Shown here piece by piece: positions 46,373 through 55,512 of a stretch of 64,000 nt of DNA; positions within the stretch are counted from its first letter, which is position 1; every line of letters starts with the position of its first letter. The position numbers and the translations under genes were made by a program. This stretch comes from a phage. The stretch lies in NCBI GenBank assembly GCA_024672315.1, contig GCA_024672315.1_4714.1. The stretch is one strand, 5' to 3'. The notes below the pieces were generated by a model, which worked only from the letters and a program-made list of their open reading frames with translations, had not been told where the DNA came from and ran no database searches.

Positions 46373-46948
46373 TTAGTAAGGAATCAGATCGTTAAGCTTT
46401 TCTTCTTCAATGACAAAGAAGTTGTTCTGGTCGTCTAAATCTGTTAACAGGACTTGTCCGACAGTAAAGCAAGTGCCGCCCTTCTTAGGCATCCATACCG
46501 GCTCATTCGTTACCTTATCGGGATACCATTTGAAACGATTGGTGTCTAAGAAGAACGCTGCTTTGTTCGCTTTATCGGTTGAACGATAGCTAACCAATGC
46601 AGGCCACTCAATCCAGGTGTTTGTGCACGGCACATGTAAAGGATACCATGCGCGCCAGCGTTTGCCTGGCCTGTTAGGATCAACCCAATACTCGGCAGTC
46701 AATACAGCATCTTTATAATGTTTCTGCATTAACATTTCGAGCACAAGCTCATTGCCTTTAGACGCATCTAAAGTCACTTCCGTCATATAAAGCGATTTAG
46801 GTAATTCAGACTGTTTTGCGGGTGTTACAACACCGGTAACCAACGGTCTGCTCGGTTTACGTTTCTGTTCTTTCCGACGTGTGTAAAAGAATAGTCCGAT
46901 AGATACAGCAACAAGGATAATAAACAACACTACCTTAATCCAATTCAT
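46373..46948 (-). CDS. hypothetical membrane-anchored protein
   Basis: 191 aa; N-terminal helix WIKVVLFIILVAVSIGLFFY followed by RRKEQKRK; stop followed by a hairpin plus T-run terminator. Confidence 0.7.
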   Translation of the reverse strand: MNWIKVVLFIILVAVSIGLFFYTRRKEQKRKPSRPLVTGVVTPAKQSELPKSLYMTEVTLDASKGNELVLEMLMQKHYKDAVLTAEYWVDPNRPGKRWRAWYPLHVPCTNTWIEWPALVSYRSTDKANKAAFFLDTNRFKWYPDKVTNEPVWMPKKGGTCFTVGQVLLTDLDDQNNFFVIEEEKLNDLIPY

Positions 46949-47694
46949 TCGTCAATATCTCCTTCTACAAACAGAGTCAATTTGATTTCAGGATCATAGA
47001 ACATGGTAATCACATCATCTTGCTCTACTGAACGCTGTGCTGTCCATATTAACTGTTCATCCCGAATATCAAATTTATGTCGTTCGTCACTCACCACAGC
47101 TTCCGCATCAACGTAATGGTAAACATCACCGAGAGGATTCTCAATCCAGCCGCGTACCATCAAACGTTCTTTTTGTTTACGTGTAAAGAAGCGATAAGGA
47201 TCTTCGCATGTGCGCCATACGTCCCCGTTCTCGTTAACCAGTTCATCATAAACTTTAGAGAGTTCGTCAGGTACCGGAATCAAAATGTTATCTTGATAGT
47301 TCGACCAGAAACGACGTACATCTTGGATCAACTCGTCGCCCGGGAGTTTAGTCGCTATGTTACTATAATCGATTTCAACAGTATCGATATCAAGACGGGT
47401 AAACGGAAGAGCGTCTAGGTTTCCCACCATGACCTCGATACCATCATGATGGACACGAATCCATCCGTCGAACCATCTGTACCCATCAGCTTGATATAAC
47501 GTTGTGTGATAAGTGACGACGTTAATATCCTCGAACGATTCTAATAAGGCTTTAGCGGCTAAAAGCGGCGAAAAGTTCTTCGATTGTCCTGGTTTACGTA
47601 TTTCTTCTTTGATGAACAATTTACCAAGCGTCGGGTGTTCAACAACAAAACCACAGGAAAGCATGATGCTTCCTTGATAACGTGCTTCTTGCAT
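46945..47694 (-). CDS. hypothetical protein
   Basis: ORF track starts at TTG 47712; ATG at residue 7 has GAGGAA RBS; stop overlaps downstream start (ATGA). Confidence 0.7.
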   Translation of the reverse strand: MQEARYQGSIMLSCGFVVEHPTLGKLFIKEEIRKPGQSKNFSPLLAAKALLESFEDINVVTYHTTLYQADGYRWFDGWIRVHHDGIEVMVGNLDALPFTRLDIDTVEIDYSNIATKLPGDELIQDVRRFWSNYQDNILIPVPDELSKVYDELVNENGDVWRTCEDPYRFFTRKQKERLMVRGWIENPLGDVYHYVDAEAVVSDERHKFDIRDEQLIWTAQRSVEQDDVITMFYDPEIKLTLFVEGDIDE

Positions 47695-47771
47695 TTTCCA
47701 TTCCTCAAACAAAAGATTGTCTTTTACGCGACATGATTACTAATACACAGGTTACTGAATTTCTGTAAAAG

Positions 47772-48272
47772 TTAATGTTTGTTCTTTACGAACTCTACCG
47801 CTTCCAGAATAGCAGCGTTTAATCGTTGACCGCGTTCCTCCATTGTCCCGCCATCGCGATGTTTGAAATTAACCGAGTGGATATCCCAAGCCCAGTAATG
47901 TGTCTCCGGCGTGTCGTCTTCTTTGGTGGGATCGCTCAATCTGTTAACCCCGATTCGCCAAATATAATCAGCGGGTTGTCGTCGTAAGCATTCACCTATA
48001 GCGTCTATATAAGACAACCCTTCGGTCGTCACAGCGACGATAACGTGCGGATGCTTACGAACAACCTTTGTGCTTGTTTTCCCATCAACGACCACTTTAC
48101 GGGTTACATTATCGTGTCCTTCGCATGACCACATCGGTGCAATACCAGGCGCATCTAACAACGCCTGGCACGCGGGTAATATTCCGGGTTCAATGACTCC
48201 TTCCTTGATAGCCATCCATGCACGTTCTTTGAATATCGCTAATTGTTCTTCGCTGACAACAAAAGAAAACAT
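47772..48272 (-). CDS. hypothetical protein
   Basis: ORF track starts at GTG 48302; ATG at residue 11 (MFSFVVSEEQ...) has AAGGAG RBS. Confidence 0.7.
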   Translation of the reverse strand: MFSFVVSEEQLAIFKERAWMAIKEGVIEPGILPACQALLDAPGIAPMWSCEGHDNVTRKVVVDGKTSTKVVRKHPHVIVAVTTEGLSYIDAIGECLRRQPADYIWRIGVNRLSDPTKEDDTPETHYWAWDIHSVNFKHRDGGTMEERGQRLNAAILEAVEFVKNKH

Positions 48273-48344
48273 AATTACTCCTTTCTGGTTCTTCCCCTCC
48301 ACAGCCTCAGGAAGAGAAGAACCGTTTGCTAAGTTGCTAAGTAA

Positions 48345-48602
48345 TTAAAATGCGTTGATTGGGTTGTTCAGCGCTTTATCGCGGATTTGAATCGCCGCCA
48401 ACATCGCTTTCTGGTACGAATCGTAAGCATCAACAGAAACCGTCATATCAACCAATTTCTCTAATACGGATTCAGCCGCTTTTACACGAACGCGGAACTT
48501 GGTGATGGCGTTATCTTTGTTACGGTAAACCGTGATATGGTGCAGCGGCTGAACGTTAGTTTTATTTGTTTTAACGGATTTAGTTGCTTTGATCGTTTTC
48601 AT
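48345..48602 (-). CDS. hypothetical protein
   Basis: 85-aa basic ORF with AAGGAA RBS. Confidence 0.65.
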   Translation of the reverse strand: MKTIKATKSVKTNKTNVQPLHHITVYRNKDNAITKFRVRVKAAESVLEKLVDMTVSVDAYDSYQKAMLAAIQIRDKALNNPINAF

Positions 48603-48649
48603 GATGATTTCCTTCTTTATTAGGATGATTACATTTAGTCAGTTTAACA

Positions 48650-48686
48650 GCATAAACCCTTCCTGCGTAATGCAGGAAGGGCATAC
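48650..48686. promoter_or_regulatory. GC-rich intergenic stem-loop (related family)
   Basis: gcataaa CCCTTCCTGC gtaat GCAGGAAGGG catac; perfect 10-bp stem; on the coding (minus) strand it is followed by TTTATGC, ~45 nt, AAGGAA RBS and the ATG of 48345..48602. Confidence 0.8.
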
Positions 48687-48695
48687 GGATTTGTT

Positions 48696-49193
48696 TTACG
48701 TGTGACGTCGTTTACCAAAGAAAATGTGACTGTCTACCACGGTGATATTGGTAGCATGTTTTCTGAAATGTTTAGGGCGAAGATGTTTCGCGTTAAAGAA
48801 TACGGCTCCTCGTGTTGGGTCGGCTTTATGGTAAGCCGCAATGTCAGTATAACGTAATGTTGCGACCTCTCGCGCTATTGCTCTTGCTCGCTCAAAAGCA
48901 GCATGATCGCGTATGATAATACGCCTTTGTTTTGTCCAGGGGAATTGACCTCTTTGCAGTACGACGTCTTTGACGTTCGTAGGGAATCGGTAGTCCATAG
49001 ATCGATTATGTATTAAAAACGCCACGGAGTATTGCCCTTTTACAGATTCGCCTCTGGCTTCCATATACACAGCGCATGCGACGATCTCTTTCCGGCAATC
49101 GATTCTAGGTCCTGCGTTCACTGATGCTTGACTGAACGGTGTGATAAGCAACATAACAAGCCCTAAAATCAACGTGTGTAAAATACCTTGCAT
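48696..49193 (-). CDS. secreted cell-wall hydrolase, SleB/CwlJ-like (candidate endolysin)
   Basis: 165 aa; signal-peptide-like N-terminus MQGILHTLILGLVMLLITPFSQASV; catalytic-domain pattern ..AVYMEARGESVKGQYSVAFLIHNRS..FP..V..QRGQFPW.. and ..GAVFFN.. typical of that family. Confidence 0.75.
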   Translation of the reverse strand: MQGILHTLILGLVMLLITPFSQASVNAGPRIDCRKEIVACAVYMEARGESVKGQYSVAFLIHNRSMDYRFPTNVKDVVLQRGQFPWTKQRRIIIRDHAAFERARAIAREVATLRYTDIAAYHKADPTRGAVFFNAKHLRPKHFRKHATNITVVDSHIFFGKRRHT

Positions 49194-49445
49194 CTTAATA
49201 ACCTCACGATAAGGTGCTGTCCACTGGCGTCTTGATAACGCATCCCATCATCGGGTTGTTCTATTCAGCGGGCAGCAGGTTAGCGTCAGATGTTTGCCCG
49301 ACATCCACGACAGAAATAAGCGGTACTGAAATTACGGTCTCCTCTGGTTTGGCAATAAACATAACGTTGGATAACAGAACCCATTTCCCGCATCCAACGC
49401 GGTAAAGGTGTACATCGTTTGAATTCATATAGTTTCTCAAAGATG

Positions 49446-49757
49446 TTAACCTCTACCGTCAAGCCATAGGTTGTATTTATCCCGAACATACGGATCGCGA
49501 TAAATACGTCGATAGACTTGATGTGGTATAAACTCGCAATGTACGAGTTCGTCGCTTAATTTATGACGTCGCTCCATACCGTTGTGTATACGACGTATCT
49601 CCCGGATATTAAAGGTTGTTTTATTCAAGAGAATAGACATAATGGCGGATCGATGATCCAGATTAAAGATCGCCATCACGCTTCGTATCTCACGTAAAAC
49701 AACTTCTCTATCGACAAGGATGCGATTAGTTAACTTAAGATTCTCCGTGATACCCAT
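49446..49757 (-). CDS. hypothetical protein
   Basis: ORF track starts at 49814; ATG at residue 20 (MGITENL...) has GAGGA RBS and reduces overlap with the upstream gene to ~23 nt. Confidence 0.55.
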   Translation of the reverse strand: MGITENLKLTNRILVDREVVLREIRSVMAIFNLDHRSAIMSILLNKTTFNIREIRRIHNGMERRHKLSDELVHCEFIPHQVYRRIYRDPYVRDKYNLWLDGRG

Positions 49758-50106
49758 AACCTTCATCCTCGACACGTCGACACATCGGTAAAAATAAACA
49801 CCAGCTTGTTGCACTGAGGATCGCTGTTGCGATGATATTTGCGATATCGCTCAGTCGAGCATCGACCTGCCACATAACAAGCATAAAAAGAACGTACGCG
49901 AACCCATACACAACAAACCGTTTGATGTTACGCGTCGACCATGTACAAATATACAAAAGGGGAAGCTGCCCTATAACACAAACGATGGTTCGGATAACGT
50001 AATAAACGCGTTCCGTCGTTGTTTCAAAATCGATATTCGCTGCAGAAATCCCAATCATTATAAAAGTGAAAATGAAATAGATTTTTGCGTATGTCTTTAA
50101 ACTCAT
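49735..50106 (-). CDS. hypothetical multi-pass membrane protein
   Basis: 123 aa; three to four hydrophobic helices. Confidence 0.6.
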   Translation of the reverse strand: MSLKTYAKIYFIFTFIMIGISAANIDFETTTERVYYVIRTIVCVIGQLPLLYICTWSTRNIKRFVVYGFAYVLFMLVMWQVDARLSDIANIIATAILSATSWCLFLPMCRRVEDEGYGYHGES

Positions 50107-50122
50107 GGTTTTTCCCGATCGT

Positions 50123-50317
50123 TTATTTGTGTTTTCCTACATTCCTCAACAAGGTAACGATAACGAATACCGCTATCATCAAGAAGACGAACCATAACCC
50201 TACGTTAATTCGGGCAGCAGGTTCATCGACCATGAAGAACATCATCCCACAAAACCCAATGACCATCCATGCTAGAACCATCCCCGTTAATCCCCGTAGT
50301 AGCATATGTCCCATCAT
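50123..50317 (-). CDS. small two-helix membrane protein (holin-like topology)
   Basis: ORF track starts at TTG 50356; ATG pair at residue 14 (MMGHMLL...) has AAGGAG RBS; two hydrophobic helices and basic C-terminus. Confidence 0.6.
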   Translation of the reverse strand: MMGHMLLRGLTGMVLAWMVIGFCGMMFFMVDEPAARINVGLWFVFLMIAVFVIVTLLRNVGKHK

Positions 50318-50327
50318 GAACTCCTTC

Positions 50328-50498
50328 TTACTTTTTCTGATAAAGCGATGATTCAAATTTTAGAAACATCACTAATGCGAATGCGAGTAATAACGCACGT
50401 ACCCACATACCTCCTTGATAACTGTTGTACAACATAAAGACCAGAGCGATGCCGCCCATATGCAGGCGGCACTTATCGAACAGTGTTGGTTTATACAT
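50328..50498 (-). CDS. hypothetical small membrane protein (not in ORF track; coordinates approximate)
   Basis: Hand-translated ~56 aa (MYKPTLFDKCRLHMGGIALVFMLYNSYQGGMWVRALLLAFALVMFLKFESSLYQKK); ATG overlaps the stop of 50491..50718 (ATGTATAA); no clear SD. Confidence 0.3.
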   Translation of the reverse strand: MYKPTLFDKCRLHMGGIALVFMLYNSYQGGMWVRALLLAFALVMFLKFESSLYQKK

Positions 50499-50718
50499 AA
50501 GTGATTAAACGTTGAATGATTTTTACTTTGCCTTTACCTGGACCTTTCTTGCGGCGATTCAACAGACGGATACGGGTTCGAGTTACAACGTCGCCGTCAT
50601 AATCAGCCTGGAACTGTGATAAAAAAGCAGGCTGTATCGGATCGACACCAGGATTGCTATAGAAAGGATTGAGACCTAAAAGAGGGTTAACTGGAATCAT
50701 CGCATTGTCCTTACTCAA
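50491..50718 (-). CDS. hypothetical protein
   Basis: 75-aa ORF abutting the stop of 50719..51069. Confidence 0.55.
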   Translation of the reverse strand: MSKDNAMIPVNPLLGLNPFYSNPGVDPIQPAFLSQFQADYDGDVVTRTRIRLLNRRKKGPGKGKVKIIQRLITYV

Positions 50719-51069
50719 TTATTTACCCAGATAGAGGTATTCACCACCCTGAACAACACCGGTTGCTGGATCAACAAGTATACGAACCCGTGCGTAGGTC
50801 TTGAAAGAGGGGTTGAAAACTTCGAAGTCTGCCACTTTCAATTTCACGCTGGGGTTGGTAGGGTTCTTAACTCCGGGAAGTTCTTTCGGGGTACCGAAAT
50901 CAACACCACATTCTTCAAGGTCTGCTGGCGTCATGCTCTCCATGGCCATGTAGATTGCTTTTGCTTTATCGTAAACCTCTGGGCTATCCAGCAATCCAGC
51001 CTGTGCTGAACCGACAACACTACCGAACAGAATAGCAACAGCAACAAACAATTTAGTTAACGTTTTCAT
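50719..51069 (-). CDS. hypothetical secreted protein
   Basis: 116 aa; signal-peptide-like MKTLTKLFVAVAILFGSVVGSAQA. Confidence 0.7.
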   Translation of the reverse strand: MKTLTKLFVAVAILFGSVVGSAQAGLLDSPEVYDKAKAIYMAMESMTPADLEECGVDFGTPKELPGVKNPTNPSVKLKVADFEVFNPSFKTYARVRILVDPATGVVQGGEYLYLGK

Positions 51070-51105
51070 GATATTTTCCTCGAAAGTAAAATGTTACAAT
51101 ACCTA

Positions 51106-51528
51106 TTAACGTACGGCCGCTACGCTGTTAGCGCATGCCTGAATATCATCGGTATTTACGATGATGGTTTCGTTAAACGCACGAATACGCGCACGACGTG
51201 CTTCTTTAAGGCTGGCGATTGCGCTAGTAGCTTGATCTGTATTCGCAAGGCTAATAACCGGGATCAAACGCATGTCAGGACTGCAGATATTCAATGCTTG
51301 GTATACACGTCCATTGATTCCTACGGTATCAGACATCGGATAGTGCGCACGGCATTGAAATTGACCCATGACAACAAGCGAACGATCGGAGATACCAATC
51401 TGATAACGACCGTCTTCGCTGTAGGCGTAACAGTTATTCCCACGAGCCATCCAGTTAGCCTGTGCTTGCGTGCTAACAAAAGCCAGAGTGGTGACGATAG
51501 CGAATACGATATTTTTGAACAGTTTCAT
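51106..51528 (-). CDS. hypothetical secreted protein
   Basis: ORF track starts at 51573; ATG at residue 16 (MKLFKNIVFAIVTTLAFVSTQAQA, signal-peptide-like) has GAGGA RBS. Confidence 0.7.
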   Translation of the reverse strand: MKLFKNIVFAIVTTLAFVSTQAQANWMARGNNCYAYSEDGRYQIGISDRSLVVMGQFQCRAHYPMSDTVGINGRVYQALNICSPDMRLIPVISLANTDQATSAIASLKEARRARIRAFNETIIVNTDDIQACANSVAAVR

Positions 51529-51587
51529 GATAAAGATCCTCGTTGAAATAAAATCGGTATAAAGGCCCCCCATTTAGGGGGACCTGA

Positions 51588-51905
51588 TTAGTTTGCGCGT
51601 AAGAAACGACCCAGAACCGTTACGATTGGAAACAGCCCTGTAACAGTATCATCGCCCGAAAACATCATCATTGTTCCGTTAACGGTGATGAAACGGATGT
51701 CTGTTGCGGACCCATCGATAGCGACAAAACGCATCGAGTTCGGTGGAAGGTCCTCAACCACTTCCACGAGATACTCGCGATTGTCAAAGGCTTCTTTAAC
51801 ACGACGCATGAAACGAATCAATGTTCCTTCCGCGTCGGCTTCCAAATGACCTAAGATATCGCGATTATTACGAATAGCAAATACAGCCATTTTAAACATA
51901 CACAT
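51588..51905 (-). CDS. hypothetical protein
   Basis: 105-aa ORF; preceded by the same conserved upstream block as 24941..25366. Confidence 0.65.
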   Translation of the reverse strand: MCMFKMAVFAIRNNRDILGHLEADAEGTLIRFMRRVKEAFDNREYLVEVVEDLPPNSMRFVAIDGSATDIRFITVNGTMMMFSGDDTVTGLFPIVTVLGRFLRAN

Positions 51906-52010
51906 CTTGACATCCTTTTATATCGGATTGATTGCTAATAATTCAAGGTGAAGCTGATTACTGCATTGCTTCACCTAAGTAATATAGCCGTGAAAATTAA
52001 TGTATTAACC
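51903..52010 (-). promoter_or_regulatory. conserved upstream regulatory block, copy B (5' region of 51588..51905)
   Basis: Coding-strand ..TTTCACGGCTATATTACTTA..(spacer)..GCAATCAATCCGATATAAAAGGATGTCAAG-ATG; identical to copy A over ~33 nt at the start codon and ~20 nt in the distal block. Confidence 0.7.
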
Positions 52011-52013
52011 TAT

Positions 52014-52970
52014 TCACGCTTTTGCTAAGTAGGGTTGGATCTCATTAATCCGTTTAACCACAACTTCAGGGAAAAGTTTGAGTATTTCATCAGGTGGTAT
52101 TGAACCTTCTGTCCAACGATAGCGTTCAACCATCTCGATGCGCGGACTCCCTCCGACGTCAGCGATACGAAAGATACAGGCGATGCCTAAATCGAAACAT
52201 ACGCTGTAAATATCTTCCGTACCTCCTTTATCAGCAAGTATTTTCGCAAAATGCTCGTTATCGGGAAGAATGGCTAAATTACGGATACACCAAACATTAT
52301 TCCCCATTTCTTCAAGTTTTGGGTAGGTTAAAGTGTGCCCGTATTGCGTTAACCATCGATGATTTTCGAGGTAGAAGTCCTTATCCCCTGGCCGATAACC
52401 CAGTATCACTCCCGTGTAGAAGAAATTGGGCATATCAAGCAGTTCTTGCACTGTCGGGCCGGTATGCTCCCAAAGACAGATTTGTTTACGGTCTATATCG
52501 TAATCTGTGACGTTACTCACCTCCCAACTTATCGTAAGTTCATCGGCAACGTGCCAACCTAAAGCGTGTTCGCCGCCAAGCAGATTAACAATGGTTGACA
52601 CTTCATACTTGTCAAATACGCCTAAATTACGCGGTGGTTGCATCGTACGTAATGGCTCCCACAACACACTGTAATCATAGAGCAAATGGCGACATAAACT
52701 TTTTGTTAGGGGCGTCTGTTCAGTGAACAGGGGAAGAATCACCGTATCCAATAACGGGCGTAACGGATGATCGTTCGGTGGTAACGGGGTAGCCAGCCGA
52801 CCTCCTTCTTTGGGGTAATCGAGACCAAACCCGTAACGCTCCGAAATGAGTGCAATCAGCACTTTTGCTACGCGGTTACGTAGTATGCGATGGATATCAT
52901 CACTGTAACTGAATTTCGGTTTATTACCGCAAACGAAGGTGAAGTATCTGGGCGTTAGCACAGCCATCAT
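52014..52970 (-). CDS. hypothetical protein
   Basis: 318-aa ORF; no motif recognised. Confidence 0.75.
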   Translation of the reverse strand: MMAVLTPRYFTFVCGNKPKFSYSDDIHRILRNRVAKVLIALISERYGFGLDYPKEGGRLATPLPPNDHPLRPLLDTVILPLFTEQTPLTKSLCRHLLYDYSVLWEPLRTMQPPRNLGVFDKYEVSTIVNLLGGEHALGWHVADELTISWEVSNVTDYDIDRKQICLWEHTGPTVQELLDMPNFFYTGVILGYRPGDKDFYLENHRWLTQYGHTLTYPKLEEMGNNVWCIRNLAILPDNEHFAKILADKGGTEDIYSVCFDLGIACIFRIADVGGSPRIEMVERYRWTEGSIPPDEILKLFPEVVVKRINEIQPYLAKA

Positions 52971-52977
52971 CTTTCCC

Positions 52978-53424
52978 TCAATCTAAATAGTACGTGATGG
53001 ATAGGTCTTTTCCATCGAATACAATATCCGTGCAGTCGTGAATGGTCGGTAATACCATTTTTGCTGCTATTGGGACGTATGCCTGCAGTTCCATGAAGTT
53101 ATTCATGCGGAACGCACGACGTACCATCAGCGGTGTTAGCGTAAACGTTACGCTGACGTTACCGCTTGGAAGCAGGTGCATTATCGCATGTCCGTGATCG
53201 CACCAGCAATGGTTTTCGATCCATCCGGTGTAAATCAGAATGTCTTTATCTTCGTCGTAATAAGCAATGCCGGTCTGCTTTAGATGACTAGTGAATCGAG
53301 AGGCTTGCTCGTAGCCTGCACGCAACATTCGAGCAACCAGTCGAGTATTGTTAGCGATTCGATTCTGTTCGTTGGTTTTTGTGGTTTTGAAAATTTCGAT
53401 ACGTTCTGCTTTTGTAATTTGCAT
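52978..53424 (-). CDS. hypothetical protein
   Basis: 148-aa ORF; Cys/His cluster HCWCDHGH. Confidence 0.7.
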   Translation of the reverse strand: MQITKAERIEIFKTTKTNEQNRIANNTRLVARMLRAGYEQASRFTSHLKQTGIAYYDEDKDILIYTGWIENHCWCDHGHAIMHLLPSGNVSVTFTLTPLMVRRAFRMNNFMELQAYVPIAAKMVLPTIHDCTDIVFDGKDLSITYYLD

Positions 53425-53502
53425 GATTACTGTCCTTTTGAAATATGTTTAGATAAGGAGGATTTACCCGGTATTAAAAGTTATTTGGTGTATGTAATGT
53501 TT

Positions 53503-54102
53503 TTACTTAGGTTCCAGTATTGGTCCGAACAACCAGAATGTCAGACGCTGGTAAACCTGTTCGATGACTGCAGCTTCTGTTTGCTCTTCTAGTGCTTTCC
53601 CTTTCTTATGTTGTATTTCTGGCGGGATGTCGCCGTTGTAAACATACCCTGTTGAGAAGTCCCACGCCAACCGTTTACCGAAAGTGGGTAAGAACACCTC
53701 TTCGAATCGGAACGCTTTCGAATTCCAATGAAGCAGCTGATCGGATTCAACATGTAAGGCTTTATTACGTTTGCTTGGCGTGTTTCCGAAGTACTGAACG
53801 ATAGCTGATTTCATAACCCGATCGGCGAAGTCTTTGGCTTCGGCCTCATCGAGGGGAGGCAGACGATGTGATAGATTCAGCTTGCGTTGTTCAACATCAA
53901 TCTTACGCATCGCTTTAATCAAATCACCAGGAACGATTTTACCCTTATGGCCTTCCTGTCGGTGTACGAAACACCCCTGGAATAGCACGCAAAGTTCTTG
54001 AGGTGCGCTACTTTCCATTCGCCCATAAGCAACAATCACCGATCGACGACGATCAATAACTTCGCGGATAAACCGCGGCTCAGTAATACTCACCACTGTC
54101 AT
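53503..54102 (-). CDS. hypothetical protein
   Basis: 199-aa ORF. Confidence 0.7.
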   Translation of the reverse strand: MTVVSITEPRFIREVIDRRRSVIVAYGRMESSAPQELCVLFQGCFVHRQEGHKGKIVPGDLIKAMRKIDVEQRKLNLSHRLPPLDEAEAKDFADRVMKSAIVQYFGNTPSKRNKALHVESDQLLHWNSKAFRFEEVFLPTFGKRLAWDFSTGYVYNGDIPPEIQHKKGKALEEQTEAAVIEQVYQRLTFWLFGPILEPK

Positions 54103-54146
54103 TTAAAGCCCTCTTTATCTTTTTCCATTTCTCTTTACATAACCAC

Positions 54147-54851
54147 TTAAGACGTTGCCATCTTACCTTCCAGAGACTTCTTCGGTAAACCATGGATAAC
54201 TCCTTCCGGGGTTAAGAACACACAGTCTGGATTCTGCGTTCGTGAACGGTCGTCTGGACTGTTCAACGAAAACAGCAATGCAGAAATACCTTTTGTCCGA
54301 TTTAACGTTGCGACGATCACATCAAGCTGCCGTAGCGCATCCGATACTGTTCGATGTGGAACGATTCGCGACTGTTTGAAGCTGGCTAACCGCCAAGTCT
54401 CGAACAAACAACGCAGTTTAAACACGTCGGACGGAATAGCTGTAGATCCCTGTTCGATAACCTCAACCCGATCCGCTTCAGGATAACCTACAGCAACCGC
54501 ACTAAAGTGTTTTACCCCATTATGAAAATCATCGATAGACGCTTCAGCGTATTTACATACCGTGCCAGAAACGACCATCACTTTTGCTAAACCGCGATAA
54601 TTGATCGTTAACGGAATACGAAATACGCGTAAAGCATGTTCCGGATTTAATGAGACGTCATTCACTTTCGCAGATACCAGCGCACCTCGTTCATATCGAG
54701 CTTTGAACGGCAGCCCATTATAAACGGGATTGATCACAACGCCCCCTGGGGAGGCGTTAGCGTTAAGATGGGTGTTAAGCCAATCGGATACTTCCTGTCT
54801 GCTGGTTACGATTAACATAAAACGGTCCTCCATTTCTTTTCCTTCATTCAT
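54147..54851 (-). CDS. hypothetical protein
   Basis: ORF track starts at 54872; ATG at residue 8 has GGAAGA RBS and overlaps the methyltransferase stop by ~8 nt. Confidence 0.65.
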   Translation of the reverse strand: MNEGKEMEDRFMLIVTSRQEVSDWLNTHLNANASPGGVVINPVYNGLPFKARYERGALVSAKVNDVSLNPEHALRVFRIPLTINYRGLAKVMVVSGTVCKYAEASIDDFHNGVKHFSAVAVGYPEADRVEVIEQGSTAIPSDVFKLRCLFETWRLASFKQSRIVPHRTVSDALRQLDVIVATLNRTKGISALLFSLNSPDDRSRTQNPDCVFLTPEGVIHGLPKKSLEGKMATS

Positions 54852-55494
54852 GGCGCATATCTTCCAAATCATCCTTTTGTTTTGTAAATTCTGATTGCTT
54901 GCGATAAACCTCCCATGAGTCGTATATACCGTAAAAGTTCAAATGGCGTGCATTTAAGTTCACAGTAAATTCTTCCACAGAGGCAAAATCCGAACGAAGC
55001 ATCGAATGGAAGGTGTCATCTCCAGTGCAGCCTCCGTATCCTTCACCCTGATAGACCAAAAGCTGGTGAGGTTGGATACGTGCGGCAACCAATGCAGCTT
55101 GTGGTTCGTCGTAAGGTGGCCATGACAGTAGAATAACGTCGTACTGTGAAAGATCGATGTTTGTGTAGTCGGCTTGCTGAATGTCCTCGATAAACGGGTG
55201 GGGATGTAATTCCGTATCGTAAGCGGTAATATCCTCAACACCGAGTTTACGTAACACGTAAGTCAGGTAACCTGTCCCACAACCCAGGTCAGCGACGCGT
55301 CGCCCGTAACAGATGCTCGCTAACTGGAGCGCGGTATCCATGGTTAACAATGACCACCCGATGCGCTGGGTATATTCTTCACGCACGATCCATTGTTGAT
55401 GGTGCGTCATTGGTTCTAAGATAGCAGCAAGCTGCTGGTACGGCAACGGCATTTTGGTTTCGCCTTGCGTGACTAATGCAATAACGTCGTTCAT
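54844..55494 (-). CDS. class I SAM-dependent methyltransferase (substrate unknown)
   Basis: 216 aa; motif I VADLGCGTGYLTYVL; a downstream ..LLSWPPYDEP.. resembles but does not exactly match the (D/N/S)PPY motif of amino-methyltransferases. Confidence 0.7.
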   Translation of the reverse strand: MNDVIALVTQGETKMPLPYQQLAAILEPMTHHQQWIVREEYTQRIGWSLLTMDTALQLASICYGRRVADLGCGTGYLTYVLRKLGVEDITAYDTELHPHPFIEDIQQADYTNIDLSQYDVILLSWPPYDEPQAALVAARIQPHQLLVYQGEGYGGCTGDDTFHSMLRSDFASVEEFTVNLNARHLNFYGIYDSWEVYRKQSEFTKQKDDLEDMRHE

Positions 55495-55512
55495 TTTGTT
55501 TCCTTTTTATCG

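Noticed and set aside
49130-49145. Apparent one-nucleotide frame discontinuity when hand-translating 48696..49193 near position 49140
   Set aside because: The ORF track gives an uninterrupted 165-aa product with a coherent SleB-like sequence, so I attribute the discrepancy to my own reading of the sequence text and keep the track coordinates; it is the reason hand-derived coordinates are flagged as approximate
49194-49445. Small ORFs 49286..49489 (-) and 49214..49405 (+) in the 250-bp gap upstream of the hydrolase gene
   Set aside because: They overlap each other and the 3' end of 49446..49814, have no clear RBS, and the region looks like a promoter/leader; not called
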